59,996 bases of DNA from a virus (Duplodnaviria > Caudoviricetes): the IMG/VR virus record IMGVR_UViG_3300037264_000454, positions 1 through 59,996 of that record; one strand, given 5' to 3'. A program made the translations under genes and the position numbers. The notes beneath the pieces were generated by a model that worked only from the letters and a program-made list of their open reading frames with translations, was not told the origin of the DNA and did no database searches. Each line of letters begins with the position of its first letter. Position 1 is the first letter of the stretch. Positions 34,933-44,498 of the stretch are shown piece by piece.

Positions 34933-36290
34933 TGCATGCCGCCGTTAGCGCCGCCGGTGTTGAAGTCGGCGCGCGCCTTGGCCAGCATCACGGAGGCGAG
35001 ATCGGCGTCGCGCGTCTGCCCTTCGGCGAGATCGGTGGCGAGTTGGTCGAGCTCTTCGGTATCGGCGCCGCCCTGTCGCATGGCGGTGACGAGCGGTACG
35101 CCGGCCTCGACGCGCGTCTTGAGCGTCTGCGCCTCTGAGAGCGGCTGTACGGTGCGGGCGTCCTTCCAGACCGGCGTGATGTCCTGCGGATCGACGACGA
35201 TGCCGCTGAGGCTCAGGGCGTAGGCGGCGGCCTGTCTCCAGGTGACGGTGAGGCGGTCGATGTAGGACTGCGCCTTGCGGGTCAGCGGCGCCTCCATCGC
35301 AAGCAGCGCCTCGCCGGATACGTCGCCGGATTGCAGCAGGTAGTGCTTGGGGGTGCGGGTCACGATGGCGATGACGGACGCGATACGGTCCATCGCGCCG
35401 GTGAAGTTGACGAGTTCGGTGGCGTCGAACTGGCCGACCACTGACTGCTGGCCCTCGCCGTCGCCGGCGGGAATCTGCCACAACTCGGTCGAGCCCAGTT
35501 TGAGGTTCGTCGCCTCGGCGTTGCTGATGAGCCAGCGCTGCTTGAAGGCGCCGTACTCGGCGGCAACCATCATGTCGGCGAAGAGCTTGTTGCCGGCGTT
35601 GTTGAGCGGCACGACGTTGGCGAGTTCGCCGTTGTGCGAGCGCCTGTCGCGCCTGTAGTGGAAGATCGGCAGGGCGCCGCGTTCGTTGGGCGCGGATTCG
35701 TCCTCGACGGTGAAGGCGCTGGGACTTGTGATGTCGGCGCGCTTGCCCTTGGCGACGTAGTACTCGAAGTGGTCCCGGTAGTAGAGCGTCAGGTGCGTGG
35801 CGCCGTCTGCCTCCCACCACTTGGCCGCGAACTCAGGGACGCTCGGGTTGTCCTCGCGGTAGAAGATGTGGCAGAGGTGCGCGGGATTGGCGAAGATGCT
35901 GGCTACGTCCTCGACCGTGTCGACGATCACGAAGCCTTCGCCGGTCACGGCTACGGACTGATGCGCCTCATGGGCGTCGAGGGCGACGTCCTGCGTGTGC
36001 CAGAGGGTTTCGAGGGCCTTGTGCGCGGCGGGGTTGGACTCGCAGGCAAATCCTGAGAGTTCGATGCGATCGAGCAGGGAGTCGACGACGACGGCGCACC
36101 AGTTCTCGCACCATCTCGCGTTGATGTTCTGGAAGATGGCGTGGAGCTTGGCGTTCGCGTAGACGAGCGGGTGATTCCCATCATAGAAGGCCCAGAGCGT
36201 CGAGTACGGACCCTGTTTGGCTTTCAGCGCCTCATAGGCACGGGCTACATCTGTCGACGCGGGGGCGTCTGAGGTGGTAGACTTGGCTAC
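34929..36290 (-). CDS. portal protein (SPP1 gp6-like), probable non-canonical GTA start
   Basis: Frame open from 36290 (FYDGNHPL..ENWCAVVVDSLLDR) through SGEAL..MEAPL..K; AAGGAA RBS 5 nt upstream of GTA. Confidence 0.85.
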   Translation of the reverse strand, partial: VAKSTTSDAPASTDVARAYEALKAKQGPYSTLWAFYDGNHPLVYANAKLHAIFQNINARWCENWCAVVVDSLLDRIELSGFACESNPAAHKALETLWHTQDVALDAHEAHQSVAVTGEGFVIVDTVEDVASIFANPAHLCHIFYREDNPSVPEFAAKWWEADGATHLTLYYRDHFEYYVAKGKRADITSPSAFTVEDESAPNERGALPIFHYRRDRRSHNGELANVVPLNNAGNKLFADMMVAAEYGAFKQRWLISNAEATNLKLGSTELWQIPAGDGEGQQSVVGQFDATELVNFTGAMDRIASVIAIVTRTPKHYLLQSGDVSGEALLAMEAPLTRKAQSYIDRLTVTWRQAAAYALSLSGIVVDPQDITPVWKDARTVQPLSEAQTLKTRVEAGVPLVTAMRQGGADTEELDQLATDLAEGQTRDADLASVMLAKARADFNTGGANGGMQ

Positions 36291-36393
36291 GTGAGTTCCT
36301 TACCTGCGCAGGTGGGCACTTGCCATGGGCCGGGGCGTTGGTAGCGTCGCCGGCTCACTTGTTCCTTCACTTAACCGCGAAACGTTGACGTTG

Positions 36394-37845
36394 CTACGTC
36401 AGCGAGCGCGAGGTGGCGACGCGCGGCGGCTTGTTCAACCGCTTCAGCGCCTGCGTCATGGCGTCGACCTGGTCGTCGTGTGTGCCGGACGGGAAGCGCG
36501 AGCACTCGAAGACGAAGTCGCCGATCCAGGGCGCGATTGACTCGTCGGGCAGGTAGACGTTGCCCGCCTCGATCGTCGCCGTGACGGCCGCCGCGCGCGC
36601 TTCCTTGCCGCCCTTGACCTTCTCGGCGACGATGCCGGGGATCTCAGTGCGCAGTTCGGCGATGATGGCGGGACCGTTGGCGGCGTCCTCTACGAGCTTG
36701 AGCTTCGCCTGCGGCCACTTGGCGACGAACATGCGGAAGGCGCGCTTGGTCGTCGGGAAGTCCATGCGGTCGCGCACCTGGTCGAGTAACCACTTCTCGG
36801 AGCCCTTGCGGCCCCAGACCTGACCGACGACATAGTCGCTCGTCTTCTTGTCCTTGAAGGCCATGTCCCAAGACATGATCACTTCATCGAACTGTGCCGG
36901 CGCCTCGCGGTAGAAGCGCCACCACGAGCTCTGGAAGATGGCACCTTCGGGCGGGGCGGGGTCTTGGTTGTACTGCGCCTCGAAGTCGCGGGTACCCATC
37001 GCCGTCTTGAGGCTGGCGAGTTCGGCGGCGCCTTCGCGTTCGGACCAGAGGATGTCGCCGGGTTCGCGCTCGATGGGCGTGCGGCCGGAGTACGGGAACG
37101 GGATCGTGGTCTTGACCTTGCACTCGGCGGGGATGCAGAGGTGCGTCCACTCGTGTTCGGCGTCGCGCTCGAGGATATGCCCGGTCACGTCGTCGTCGTG
37201 GATGCGCTGCATGACGAATATCATCGCGTCGCGCTTCTTGTCGTCGAGACGGCTGGGCAGCGTCTTGTCGACGTAGTCGTTCGCGGACTGGCGCTTGGCG
37301 TCGGAGTACGCCTCTTCGGGATTGATCGGATCGTCGACCACGACGCGGTTGCCGCCCTTGCCGGTCGCGGTGCCGCCGACCGACGTGCTCACCATGAGGC
37401 CACGGTGCGAGTTCTCGTATTCGGTCTTCTGGTTTTGGTCGGATGTGAGAACGATGTGCGGCCAGTTGCCGCGATACCACGGGCTTTCGATGATGCGCCG
37501 GCGGGCGACCGAATGCTGCGTCGAGAGCGAGGCGGCGTACGAACAGAAGAGGTAGCGCAGTTCGGGGCGAGCGATCCACTCCCACGCCGGCCACATGACC
37601 GTGATAGTGAGCGACTTAGAGTAGCGCGGCGGGATGTTGACGATGAGGCGGGTCAAGTCGCCGGCCGTCACCGCTTCGAGGTACTCGGCGATGAGGTCGG
37701 TGTGCCAGTTGTGCAGGTAGGGCGTGCCGGGTTCGACTATCGGCCAGGCTTGCTTGATGAAGTAGGCGAGTGAACGCTCGCAGCGCTCACGCTGTACGTC
37801 AGTCAGTGGGGGGAGTATCGGCGAGCTTGGCGTGGATTCGCTCAA
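36394..37845 (-). CDS. terL: terminase large subunit
   Basis: NIPPRYSKS Walker A, VVVDDP Walker B, SWDMAFK, VEDAANG and HDDQVDAMTQAL nuclease motifs. Start uncertain (TTG 37845). Confidence 0.92.
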   Translation of the reverse strand: MSESTPSSPILPPLTDVQRERCERSLAYFIKQAWPIVEPGTPYLHNWHTDLIAEYLEAVTAGDLTRLIVNIPPRYSKSLTITVMWPAWEWIARPELRYLFCSYAASLSTQHSVARRRIIESPWYRGNWPHIVLTSDQNQKTEYENSHRGLMVSTSVGGTATGKGGNRVVVDDPINPEEAYSDAKRQSANDYVDKTLPSRLDDKKRDAMIFVMQRIHDDDVTGHILERDAEHEWTHLCIPAECKVKTTIPFPYSGRTPIEREPGDILWSEREGAAELASLKTAMGTRDFEAQYNQDPAPPEGAIFQSSWWRFYREAPAQFDEVIMSWDMAFKDKKTSDYVVGQVWGRKGSEKWLLDQVRDRMDFPTTKRAFRMFVAKWPQAKLKLVEDAANGPAIIAELRTEIPGIVAEKVKGGKEARAAAVTATIEAGNVYLPDESIAPWIGDFVFECSRFPSGTHDDQVDAMTQALKRLNKPPRVATSRSLT

Positions 37846-38269
37846 GGGCCTCCAACTCCTCATCGGTCAGGGCGGAGAGGTCTTGCTTGACCGTCATCGT
37901 CTGCCCGCCCGAGTGCTCAAGTTGCAGCTTGTCGGAGTACGAACGCGGGCGCAGTTTCGCGGCAGCCCATTTGAGGGTGTCGACGTAGAGGCGTGCGCCG
38001 GGGACGAGCTTGGGGTCGCTCAGTCTGTCTGTGTCTGCGGACGCGGTCATGGCCTTGTCGAAGAGTGAGTCGGCGCATTGCTCACGAGACCGCGCGTACA
38101 AGTCGCGAAATGCGTCGAACTGCTCCCCGTCCATCGTCAGCCAACGAAACAGAGTCGCCCGGTGTGGCATCCTCGCGCCGCTGCAAACGCGCGTCAGAGT
38201 CTCGCCAAGGGCGATGCGCTCGCAGATGCGTTGTCCAAGTTCCGGCGTGTAGAGGGTCGGTCTAGCCAC
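37799..38269 (-). CDS. terS: terminase small subunit (Sf6/P22-like)
   Basis: RPTLYTPEL..ICERIA.GE.L..C..MP..T..RW..KW.AAKL.PR.Y.DK..EHSG. Confidence 0.85.
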   Translation of the reverse strand: MARPTLYTPELGQRICERIALGETLTRVCSGARMPHRATLFRWLTMDGEQFDAFRDLYARSREQCADSLFDKAMTASADTDRLSDPKLVPGARLYVDTLKWAAAKLRPRSYSDKLQLEHSGGQTMTVKQDLSALTDEELEALERIHAKLADTPPTD

Positions 38270-38300
38270 GCTTCACCTACTCCCAAAGCGCAGGACGGTG

Positions 38301-38401
38301 CTTAACATGTTCTTAACATTGCAAGTGCGTTTTGGTGTTGCATATGCCGTTTGATGGGGTAGAATACACAGTGTAAGGCAACGGAGATCGGAGGGGACAT
38401 G
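38301..38401 (+). promoter_or_regulatory. promoter/RBS block, copy 1, with CTTAACATGTT repeats
   Basis: TTGCAT-16 nt-TAGAAT, GGAGG RBS; near-identical inverted copy at 46700-46810. Confidence 0.7.
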
Positions 38402-38629
38402 ACCGCAGCGCAGACCCAGACTCAGGAACTCATCAGCCGGAATCTCGATCGCATCGCCGCCGACGGTGGCAAGTTCACCGCTGAGCAGTTCGAGGCCCTG
38501 GACGCCGCTCAGCGTCGCACCTGGGTCGCAACCTGGCGCCGGATCGAGCGCGAGGCAGCCTCCGAGGCTCGCGAGACCAGCCGGATGAACGCCGAGGCCC
38601 CCTACTCGATGATGCAGACGGGTTGGTGA
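38399..38629 (+). CDS. hypothetical protein
   Basis: Strong RBS; first gene after the promoter. Confidence 0.65.
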   Translation: MTAAQTQTQELISRNLDRIAADGGKFTAEQFEALDAAQRRTWVATWRRIEREAASEARETSRMNAEAPYSMMQTGW

Positions 38630-38635
38630 GCAGCC

Positions 38636-39121
38636 ATGCAGACCACAACCACCATCATCACACAGACTCGCAACCTCGGCTACGGCTGGTCGACGACACA
38701 CGCGCCGGCCAAACCCGACCACGTCGGCACCGTCAAGGCCGTTCGCCGCGCCATCGTCGAGCGTACGCGCCTCATCGGCCCCGGAACCTACTACTACGAG
38801 CGCCTGTTTGTCGGCGGCGTGCCGGTCAGTGACGACGGCATGCCCAACTCCATCCTCGAGATCCTCAACGAGGTCGACACCACCGGCGATTGCACGGTGA
38901 GACTCAACCTCACTCTGCGCAGCGCCGCGATCGCCGGGGTACTCGGCGTCAGTCCGCAGACGGTGCGCGATTGGTATCGTGGCGACCGTCTCCCCGGGGC
39001 CTGGCTCACGGACGGCGGCGAGGTGAGGATGCGGCACGATGACGCGTGCGAGCTGCGTGACGAGATCGACTACGCGCGCAGCGGTCACGCCGACAACTCA
39101 CTCACGACGGTGGCACCATGA
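38636..39121 (+). CDS. HTH DNA-binding protein, copy 1
   Basis: LRSAAIAGVLGVSPQTVRDWYRGDRLPG MerR/Xis-like HTH; near-identical to 45956-46423. Confidence 0.75.
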   Translation: MQTTTTIITQTRNLGYGWSTTHAPAKPDHVGTVKAVRRAIVERTRLIGPGTYYYERLFVGGVPVSDDGMPNSILEILNEVDTTGDCTVRLNLTLRSAAIAGVLGVSPQTVRDWYRGDRLPGAWLTDGGEVRMRHDDACELRDEIDYARSGHADNSLTTVAP

Positions 39122-39756
39122 CCGACGTACACCGCCGCACACTCAAAGCGGCCCGCGACGTGCGCCGTGCCGAGTACGCAGACAACGTTGCGGAGGCCGT
39201 CGGTCCCGTCGAGCGGGGATGTGAAATCTACGGGCTCAGTCGTGGTCAATACAGCCTCATCGATCTCATCGAGCACATACTGTCCGCCACCGGCCCAGCG
39301 GACCTCACAATCTCGACGTGGACTGCTGCTGGCGCCGACATTGATTACGCCCTGCGACTCACCAAAGACGGTCGCGTCCAGTCGTGCAAGTGGATCGTCG
39401 ACACGTCGTTTCCGGCTCGACAGCCGGGATACTGCGCGGCCATGCGCGAGGCATTCGGAGACGACGCTATCCGGGTCACGAAGTCTCATGCCAAGTTCGC
39501 CCTCGTCGGAAACGAGACGTGGAGGTGTGTTCTCAGAACGTCCATGAATCTGAATGAGAACCGACGTCTCGAATCGTGGGAATTGTCTGACGACGCCGGC
39601 CTGTTCGCGTACCTCGCTGGGGTCGTCGAGTCTCTGTTCCGCGAACAACTCGCCACCTGTGGATTCACTGAAACACCGTCCGAAAACGAGCGCTCGTTCC
39701 ATGCCGCGACCGAATCCGCACGAGACCCTCGGCGACGTATCAGGTACATCAAATAG
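39118..39756 (+). CDS. phospholipase D-like (HxK) nuclease-fold protein
   Basis: SHAKF...TSMNLNEN.R.E. Confidence 0.65.
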   Translation: MTDVHRRTLKAARDVRRAEYADNVAEAVGPVERGCEIYGLSRGQYSLIDLIEHILSATGPADLTISTWTAAGADIDYALRLTKDGRVQSCKWIVDTSFPARQPGYCAAMREAFGDDAIRVTKSHAKFALVGNETWRCVLRTSMNLNENRRLESWELSDDAGLFAYLAGVVESLFREQLATCGFTETPSENERSFHAATESARDPRRRIRYIK

Positions 39757-40051
39757 CACGAAATCTCAGCCTCTTGTCTACGTCGGCCATTGTCCGTGCG
39801 GATCGCTCCATCACGTCCAGCTTGGGAGCAGGCTGCACTTTCATGACAACGCCCTTGTCACTGACGAGCTCGAGCACGTCGCCGTGCTCGTCCAGCCAAC
39901 GATGGGCGAGTACCCAGCGCTCGTAGGCGGCACAGTAGACCTCTAGGTCGCAGATTGTGGCAGGCGTCACAGACAGCAAGCGGCCGATCATGCTGGACCA
40001 TTTCGAGGAACCTATTTCCCCCAACGTGGGCGGTGGACCGTACTTCTTCAC
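39749..40051 (-). CDS. P27-family small terminase-like protein
   Basis: PPPTL..A/S..KW, LEVYCAAYERW, EHG, QPAP pattern. Confidence 0.65.
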   Translation of the reverse strand: MKKYGPPPTLGEIGSSKWSSMIGRLLSVTPATICDLEVYCAAYERWVLAHRWLDEHGDVLELVSDKGVVMKVQPAPKLDVMERSARTMADVDKRLRFRAI

Positions 40052-40365
40052 GCCCGCATCCGTTCCCAGAACGCCGGCGCCAACGCCGCGACCAGCGCCT
40101 GCATGGTCTCGTGCTCGGCCCAGGTGCCGTCACGGGCGTCGAGAATGTCGTGATGCCGCTGGCAACCAGGAATGCCCTCGTCGAATCCCCAGCCTGCGTT
40201 GCGGCCGCCCATACCTCTGTGAGTTGGCCAGTGGCAGTACATGGTGGGATGCTCGCAACCGGGGACGATGCAGTTCAGTTCGCGGTAGATGTAGCGATAG
40301 CCGTCGTCGACTACGCGCTTGCGTTTCTTGCCGGGCTTAGCGATTGGGCGCACGTCCACCGTCAA
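40048..40365 (-). CDS. His-Me finger nuclease-like protein
   Basis: CIVPGC..CHW..GMG..PGCQRHH..D. Confidence 0.55.
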   Translation of the reverse strand: MTVDVRPIAKPGKKRKRVVDDGYRYIYRELNCIVPGCEHPTMYCHWPTHRGMGGRNAGWGFDEGIPGCQRHHDILDARDGTWAEHETMQALVAALAPAFWERMRA

Positions 40366-41006
40366 CAGAGCACCCCGGCGAAGTCCATCGGGTGCTTCGC
40401 GCCCTTGGTTTGGTTGCAGTGTGGACAGGCAAGCACGAGGTTCTCCGGCCAGTTGCTACCGCCCAACAGTAGTGGCATCACGTGGTCGACGTGGTAACCA
40501 AGACCGAGGTCGACCGCGCAATCCTCGCCCACGTCGCGCCAGAAGCACTTGCCGCGCTGGCGCTTATACTGCGCGGCGATGTCGAATGACGTGATGTTTC
40601 CGCCTTGGCCCAATCTTCGCGCTCGTCGACGGTGGTTGCCCGCTCGCGTCAACTCGCGAACTCGATCGCGGTTGTTGATCTTCCACTGCCGGTTGTTCTC
40701 CGCCACCTGCTCTTTGTGCAGGACGCGATACCGTGCATCCCGCTCGGCCATCTCCTCTTTGTGCGCGGCTCGATACGCCACCTGGTATGCGATGGTCTCC
40801 TCGCGATGTTCCCTGTAGTAGCGGCGATGTTGTTCGTTCACCTTGCGTGGATTCTCGCGATAACGAGCGTTTGCCTTGGCGCAGAGACACACCTTGCAGG
40901 CGGCGCAAAGACCGTCTAGCTTTCGGTGGAAGAACTCAGCCGTCGAGGGCTTCTCCTCACCACACCCCGTACATACCTTCGTGGGCTTGAGCACGTCGAC
41001 CATCAC
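40362..41006 (-). CDS. HNH endonuclease
   Basis: KVCTGCGEEK..CKVC; HVDHVMPL..GGSN..NLVLACPHCNQTKG. Confidence 0.9.
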   Translation of the reverse strand: MMVDVLKPTKVCTGCGEEKPSTAEFFHRKLDGLCAACKVCLCAKANARYRENPRKVNEQHRRYYREHREETIAYQVAYRAAHKEEMAERDARYRVLHKEQVAENNRQWKINNRDRVRELTRAGNHRRRARRLGQGGNITSFDIAAQYKRQRGKCFWRDVGEDCAVDLGLGYHVDHVMPLLLGGSNWPENLVLACPHCNQTKGAKHPMDFAGVLC

Positions 41007-41206
41007 TCCACCGCCCCCGCCAATATCGCGTCCAGTTCATCGAGCGTCACGGAGCCGGGAACGATCGTCGCCGGGAACGTCCGGGCACAGGAGTTGCACC
41101 AGCCCAGCATCGGTATGCCGTCCAGAAGCGGCTTGTGGTCGGTCGCCTTAGCCTTCGCCGTGACGGCGCCGCATGTGGGGCAGATGAAGTAGGAGTACCA
41201 GCTCAC
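41003..41206 (-). CDS. small zinc-ribbon protein
   Basis: CPTC..CNSC; 4-bp overlaps. Confidence 0.5.
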   Translation of the reverse strand: MSWYSYFICPTCGAVTAKAKATDHKPLLDGIPMLGWCNSCARTFPATIVPGSVTLDELDAILAGAVE

Positions 41207-41403
41207 TTGTCCGTCTCCCACAGCGCACAATGGTCGTCGGGGTTGACGTAGACGCGATGGGCCTTGCAGTAGACCTCGACGCCGCGCGGTGCGTAGTACT
41301 GGCCCCAGATGTTCGAGCGGTTGCAGTCGGCGCACCACCCCTCTCGGCAGCGGGCGGGACGGATGTCTTCGTCGCAAGCGGGGCAGCGGACGGGGTCAGT
41401 CAT
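41203..41403 (-). CDS. small Cys-rich protein
   Basis: CPAC..CADC..C..C. Confidence 0.5.
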   Translation of the reverse strand: MTDPVRCPACDEDIRPARCREGWCADCNRSNIWGQYYAPRGVEVYCKAHRVYVNPDDHCALWETDK

Positions 41404-41587
41404 GCTTGCAGCCGGCCGCGATCCATGCGTCGAGTCCCTCCGCCGCTTCGTCACATACGGGGTCGTCTTCGGGGTCTGTCATGGGCACGTGTGTGCGCCA
41501 GTAGTCGCGGTCCCCTAGCGTCCCGGCGAGAACTCGGGTCTTACGGAGGGCTGAGGTTTCGGGGTCGGAGCTAGTCATAGGCTTTCA

Positions 41588-41788
41588 CTAACCCGCGAAA
41601 CGTTGACGTAGGATGCGACCGGCGCGCTCGTATCTGCGCCATGCGGCTGCCACGTCGACGCCCTCGAATGCGGCTATCTTCCGCCACGAGAGGCCGCCGC
41701 AATCCCGCATCTCGACCACGGCAAGTTGCTTCTCCGTGAGACACGACAGGTCGAGTCCGGGGAATTGCTCGCGCAGACTATCCGGCAC
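41588..41788 (-). CDS. sigma-70 region 4-like HTH protein
   Basis: LTEKQLAVVEMR..GLSWRKIAAFEGV..RA..L. Confidence 0.65.
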   Translation of the reverse strand: MPDSLREQFPGLDLSCLTEKQLAVVEMRDCGGLSWRKIAAFEGVDVAAAWRRYERAGRILRQRFAG

Positions 41789-41793
41789 GCGGC

Positions 41794-42816
41794 TCAGGGA
41801 GAGCTGCCCCGCTCCCCCTTTTGGTGCTTACTCGCCCCGTCGTCATACGGCTTCAGTGGCGACGACACGCTCAGGTGGTCGCGCACCAGCGCCGAGACGA
41901 CATCGCGACGGTCGTTCGACCACTTCGAATACGCCGCCAGCTTGAGCACCATCTCGTAGCCGAGCAGGTCGTGGCGCACGTAGTTGCTGCGATCCGGGCG
42001 GTCTGTGCGTACGTACGGCTTGCCGATGTCGTGCAAGAGCGCAGCCCAGCGCATCGTCACGTCGGCCGGCGTGGCTTGCACGACCTTCAGCGTGTGCTCC
42101 CATAGCGTGAAGTCGTGGTGCGGGTTGTTCTGCTCGTAGCCGACCTGCGGCGCCAGTTCCGGCAGCATGTAGTTGAGCAGGCGCGTGTCGGCCATGAGGT
42201 CGAGCCCCTGGTATACGTGCTCGCCCACCAGTAGCTTGTCCATCTCCTGCATCCATCGCTCGCGGGACACGCTCAGCACCTTGTACGAGAGTTCGCGCGC
42301 CTTCTTGAACGTCAGCGGGTCGACGTCGAATCCGAGCTGTGAGCGGAAGCGGGCCAGTCGCAGGATGCGCAGCGGGTCTTCGCGGAAGCGATGAGAGGGC
42401 GTACCGACTGCGCGCAGCATCTTCTGACTCAGATCCTCTTGCCCGCCGAACGGGTCGATGATGCGCCTGCCTCTGCGCGCCAGGGCGTTGACAGTGAAGT
42501 CGCGGCGGGAGAGGTCGTGGGTCACGTTGCTACAGAAGGCGACGGCGGGCTTGCGTGACGCGGCCGTGTACTTCTCCGTTCGGAAGGTCGTGCATTCGAC
42601 GAACTGGCCGTCGAGCTTGAATCCGATAGTTCCGAAGCGTTTGCCGGAAACGTAGGGGCGGCGACCGGCGGCACGTACACGCGCTTCGATGTCGTCGGGC
42701 AGCAGGGGCGTGCAGAAGTCATAATCCTTGGGCGCCAGGCCGAGCAGTTCGTCTCTGACGGCACCGCCCACGAGGTAGAGCGGGTCAATGATTTCGCGGA
42801 CGGCTTCGTACATCAC
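41794..42816 (-). CDS. cca: CCA-adding tRNA nucleotidyltransferase with HD domain
   Basis: YLVGGAVRD..DYD, DLSRRDFTVNA, EDPLRILR, SRER..E..K, H..HT..LLHDIGKP. Confidence 0.9.
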   Translation of the reverse strand: MMYEAVREIIDPLYLVGGAVRDELLGLAPKDYDFCTPLLPDDIEARVRAAGRRPYVSGKRFGTIGFKLDGQFVECTTFRTEKYTAASRKPAVAFCSNVTHDLSRRDFTVNALARRGRRIIDPFGGQEDLSQKMLRAVGTPSHRFREDPLRILRLARFRSQLGFDVDPLTFKKARELSYKVLSVSRERWMQEMDKLLVGEHVYQGLDLMADTRLLNYMLPELAPQVGYEQNNPHHDFTLWEHTLKVVQATPADVTMRWAALLHDIGKPYVRTDRPDRSNYVRHDLLGYEMVLKLAAYSKWSNDRRDVVSALVRDHLSVSSPLKPYDDGASKHQKGERGSSP

Positions 42817-43487
42817 GTCACCCCTCGGATCGCCAGCAACACCTCATTGACGAGCTCGTAGTCGGGCTCCTTGGGCAGCACCGATTCGACCGCGTCCATC
42901 TCCGCCATCGCCGCCTCGAAGCGCGGCTTGAGTTCCGCCAGCGGCAGCTTGCCGATCGCCATGAGTTCGGCGGGGTCGGCCACGCGCACTTCGAGCGTTC
43001 CGTCGCGCAGCAGTTGCGTGCCTTGGCGCAGCAGACGGAAACAATGCCTCGCGTGTTTCTCGAAGCGGCGCTTCACTCGCGGGTTGAAGCCTTCGAGCCC
43101 TTGACGTTCGCGCATTTCGAGCTTGCGCACTTGAGCGATGGCGTATCCGCCGTACGTCTGGCGCGCTTTCTGACTCAGGAACGCGGCACGATTCGAGACA
43201 AGCAGCCCACCTTCGGGGGTGAGCGTCTTGTAGCCTTCGAGAAACAGTTGCTCGATGATGTTCGGGTTGCTGGCCAGGGCGAGGCCGACGAACTTGCCGA
43301 CCTCGTGCAGCACCGTCTCGTGCGCCGTGTCGTCGATGGTGTCGAGGCCCCGAAACTTGCCGATGCCGAGGATGCGCGGCGTCGGGTACACGAACACGCC
43401 GCGCCAGTCTTCGTCGGATTCGGGCGTGTCGAGTCCGTACGCCTTCGATCCGGCGAGTCCGAGCAGGATGGTGCGACGGTCGCTCAC
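42813..43487 (-). CDS. Pol-beta superfamily nucleotidyltransferase (YcgL/RlaP-like)
   Basis: GSKAYGLDTPESDEDWRGV, NPNIIE.L, KHARH..RLL. Confidence 0.85.
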   Translation of the reverse strand: MSDRRTILLGLAGSKAYGLDTPESDEDWRGVFVYPTPRILGIGKFRGLDTIDDTAHETVLHEVGKFVGLALASNPNIIEQLFLEGYKTLTPEGGLLVSNRAAFLSQKARQTYGGYAIAQVRKLEMRERQGLEGFNPRVKRRFEKHARHCFRLLRQGTQLLRDGTLEVRVADPAELMAIGKLPLAELKPRFEAAMAEMDAVESVLPKEPDYELVNEVLLAIRGVT

Positions 43488-43669
43488 GACGCCACCCTCC
43501 GAAACGGAAGACTCGACGGCGAGTGCTTCGTGTCGCCCGTACCCGTCGGCAGCCCATGCTTGTCCCACCAGGGAACCACGAGACGGGCGAGCATTAGCCA
43601 GGCGGCGCGATACATGCTCTCGACAAATGCCGTCGTGTCGGCCGTGATCGTGACTCGCAGACCGCTCAC
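43484..43669 (-). CDS. small hypothetical protein, paralogue of 50039-50176
   Basis: LRVTITADT..ES..AAW. Confidence 0.45.
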   Translation of the reverse strand: MSGLRVTITADTTAFVESMYRAAWLMLARLVVPWWDKHGLPTGTGDTKHSPSSLPFRRVAS

Positions 43670-43835
43670 GACTTCCTCCACGAGAACAGCTCCCGCAACT
43701 TGCGCAGGTACGCGCTCTGGAAGTTGGGCGCGTTCCAGACCTGCTTCGTCTTGCTGCGCCGCTTGTACGTGTGGCCGCGCTTGGACGTGTGAGTGCGGAC
43801 GTGGACGGTGACGCCGTTGTTTTGGGGGAGTTCGC

Positions 43836-44096
43836 TCACCACCACGTCCGCCTCGGAGCGTTGGCGAAGAACATCTGGGCGAGGGCGTCGATGCCATTGC
43901 GGATCGTAGCGAGTTCGCTCTCTGCTTCTCTTCGGTAGCGGCGTTCAAGGCCGTCGCTGTATAGTGCGCGCTCAAGCGCCTGTTCTGCGGTCAGTACGCG
44001 GCTCCGCTCTACCCGACACGTCGCGCAGACGTACATACCTCCGGAGACCTCAACCACGGGCGTCAAGCAGTTCAGGCAGTACGCTGTCTCGCTCAC
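43836..44096 (-). CDS. small zinc-ribbon protein
   Basis: CLNC..CATC. Confidence 0.45.
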   Translation of the reverse strand: MSETAYCLNCLTPVVEVSGGMYVCATCRVERSRVLTAEQALERALYSDGLERRYRREAESELATIRNGIDALAQMFFANAPRRTWW

Positions 44097-44498
44097 TTCC
44101 CCTTCCCCTTCCTCGTCTTCGGCGCACAGACCGGCGCCTCTGGTGTGAGAATGCGTGCCGTACCGTCCGCGAAGACGACCTCGTATCGCAGCGGCATACC
44201 GGCACGCGGCGGGATCTCGATGACGACCGCGACCTTGCGCCATTGCCCGCTTCGGTGCAGGGCGTAGAACGTGTCGCCGTTCTCGACTGCGACGCGGATG
44301 TGGTAGGGGGGGTTGGGGGGGGATTGGGGTCTGCTCACGGGTGTCTCCTTCCGCGTCCACGCATGCCGACGCGCTTGCCCTTCTTTGCGCGGTGGGTCTG
44401 CTTGCGTGGCCCATGTCCCCACCACGCATGATTCATCCACCGCTCCTCGAACATGTCGTACATGTACTTCTGAAGGCGGGCGCGGATGGCGGCGAGTG

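Noticed and set aside
35951-36184. Separate ORF or stop-codon readthrough in the portal
   Set aside because: This ORF is in a different frame; the portal frame itself is continuous from 36290.
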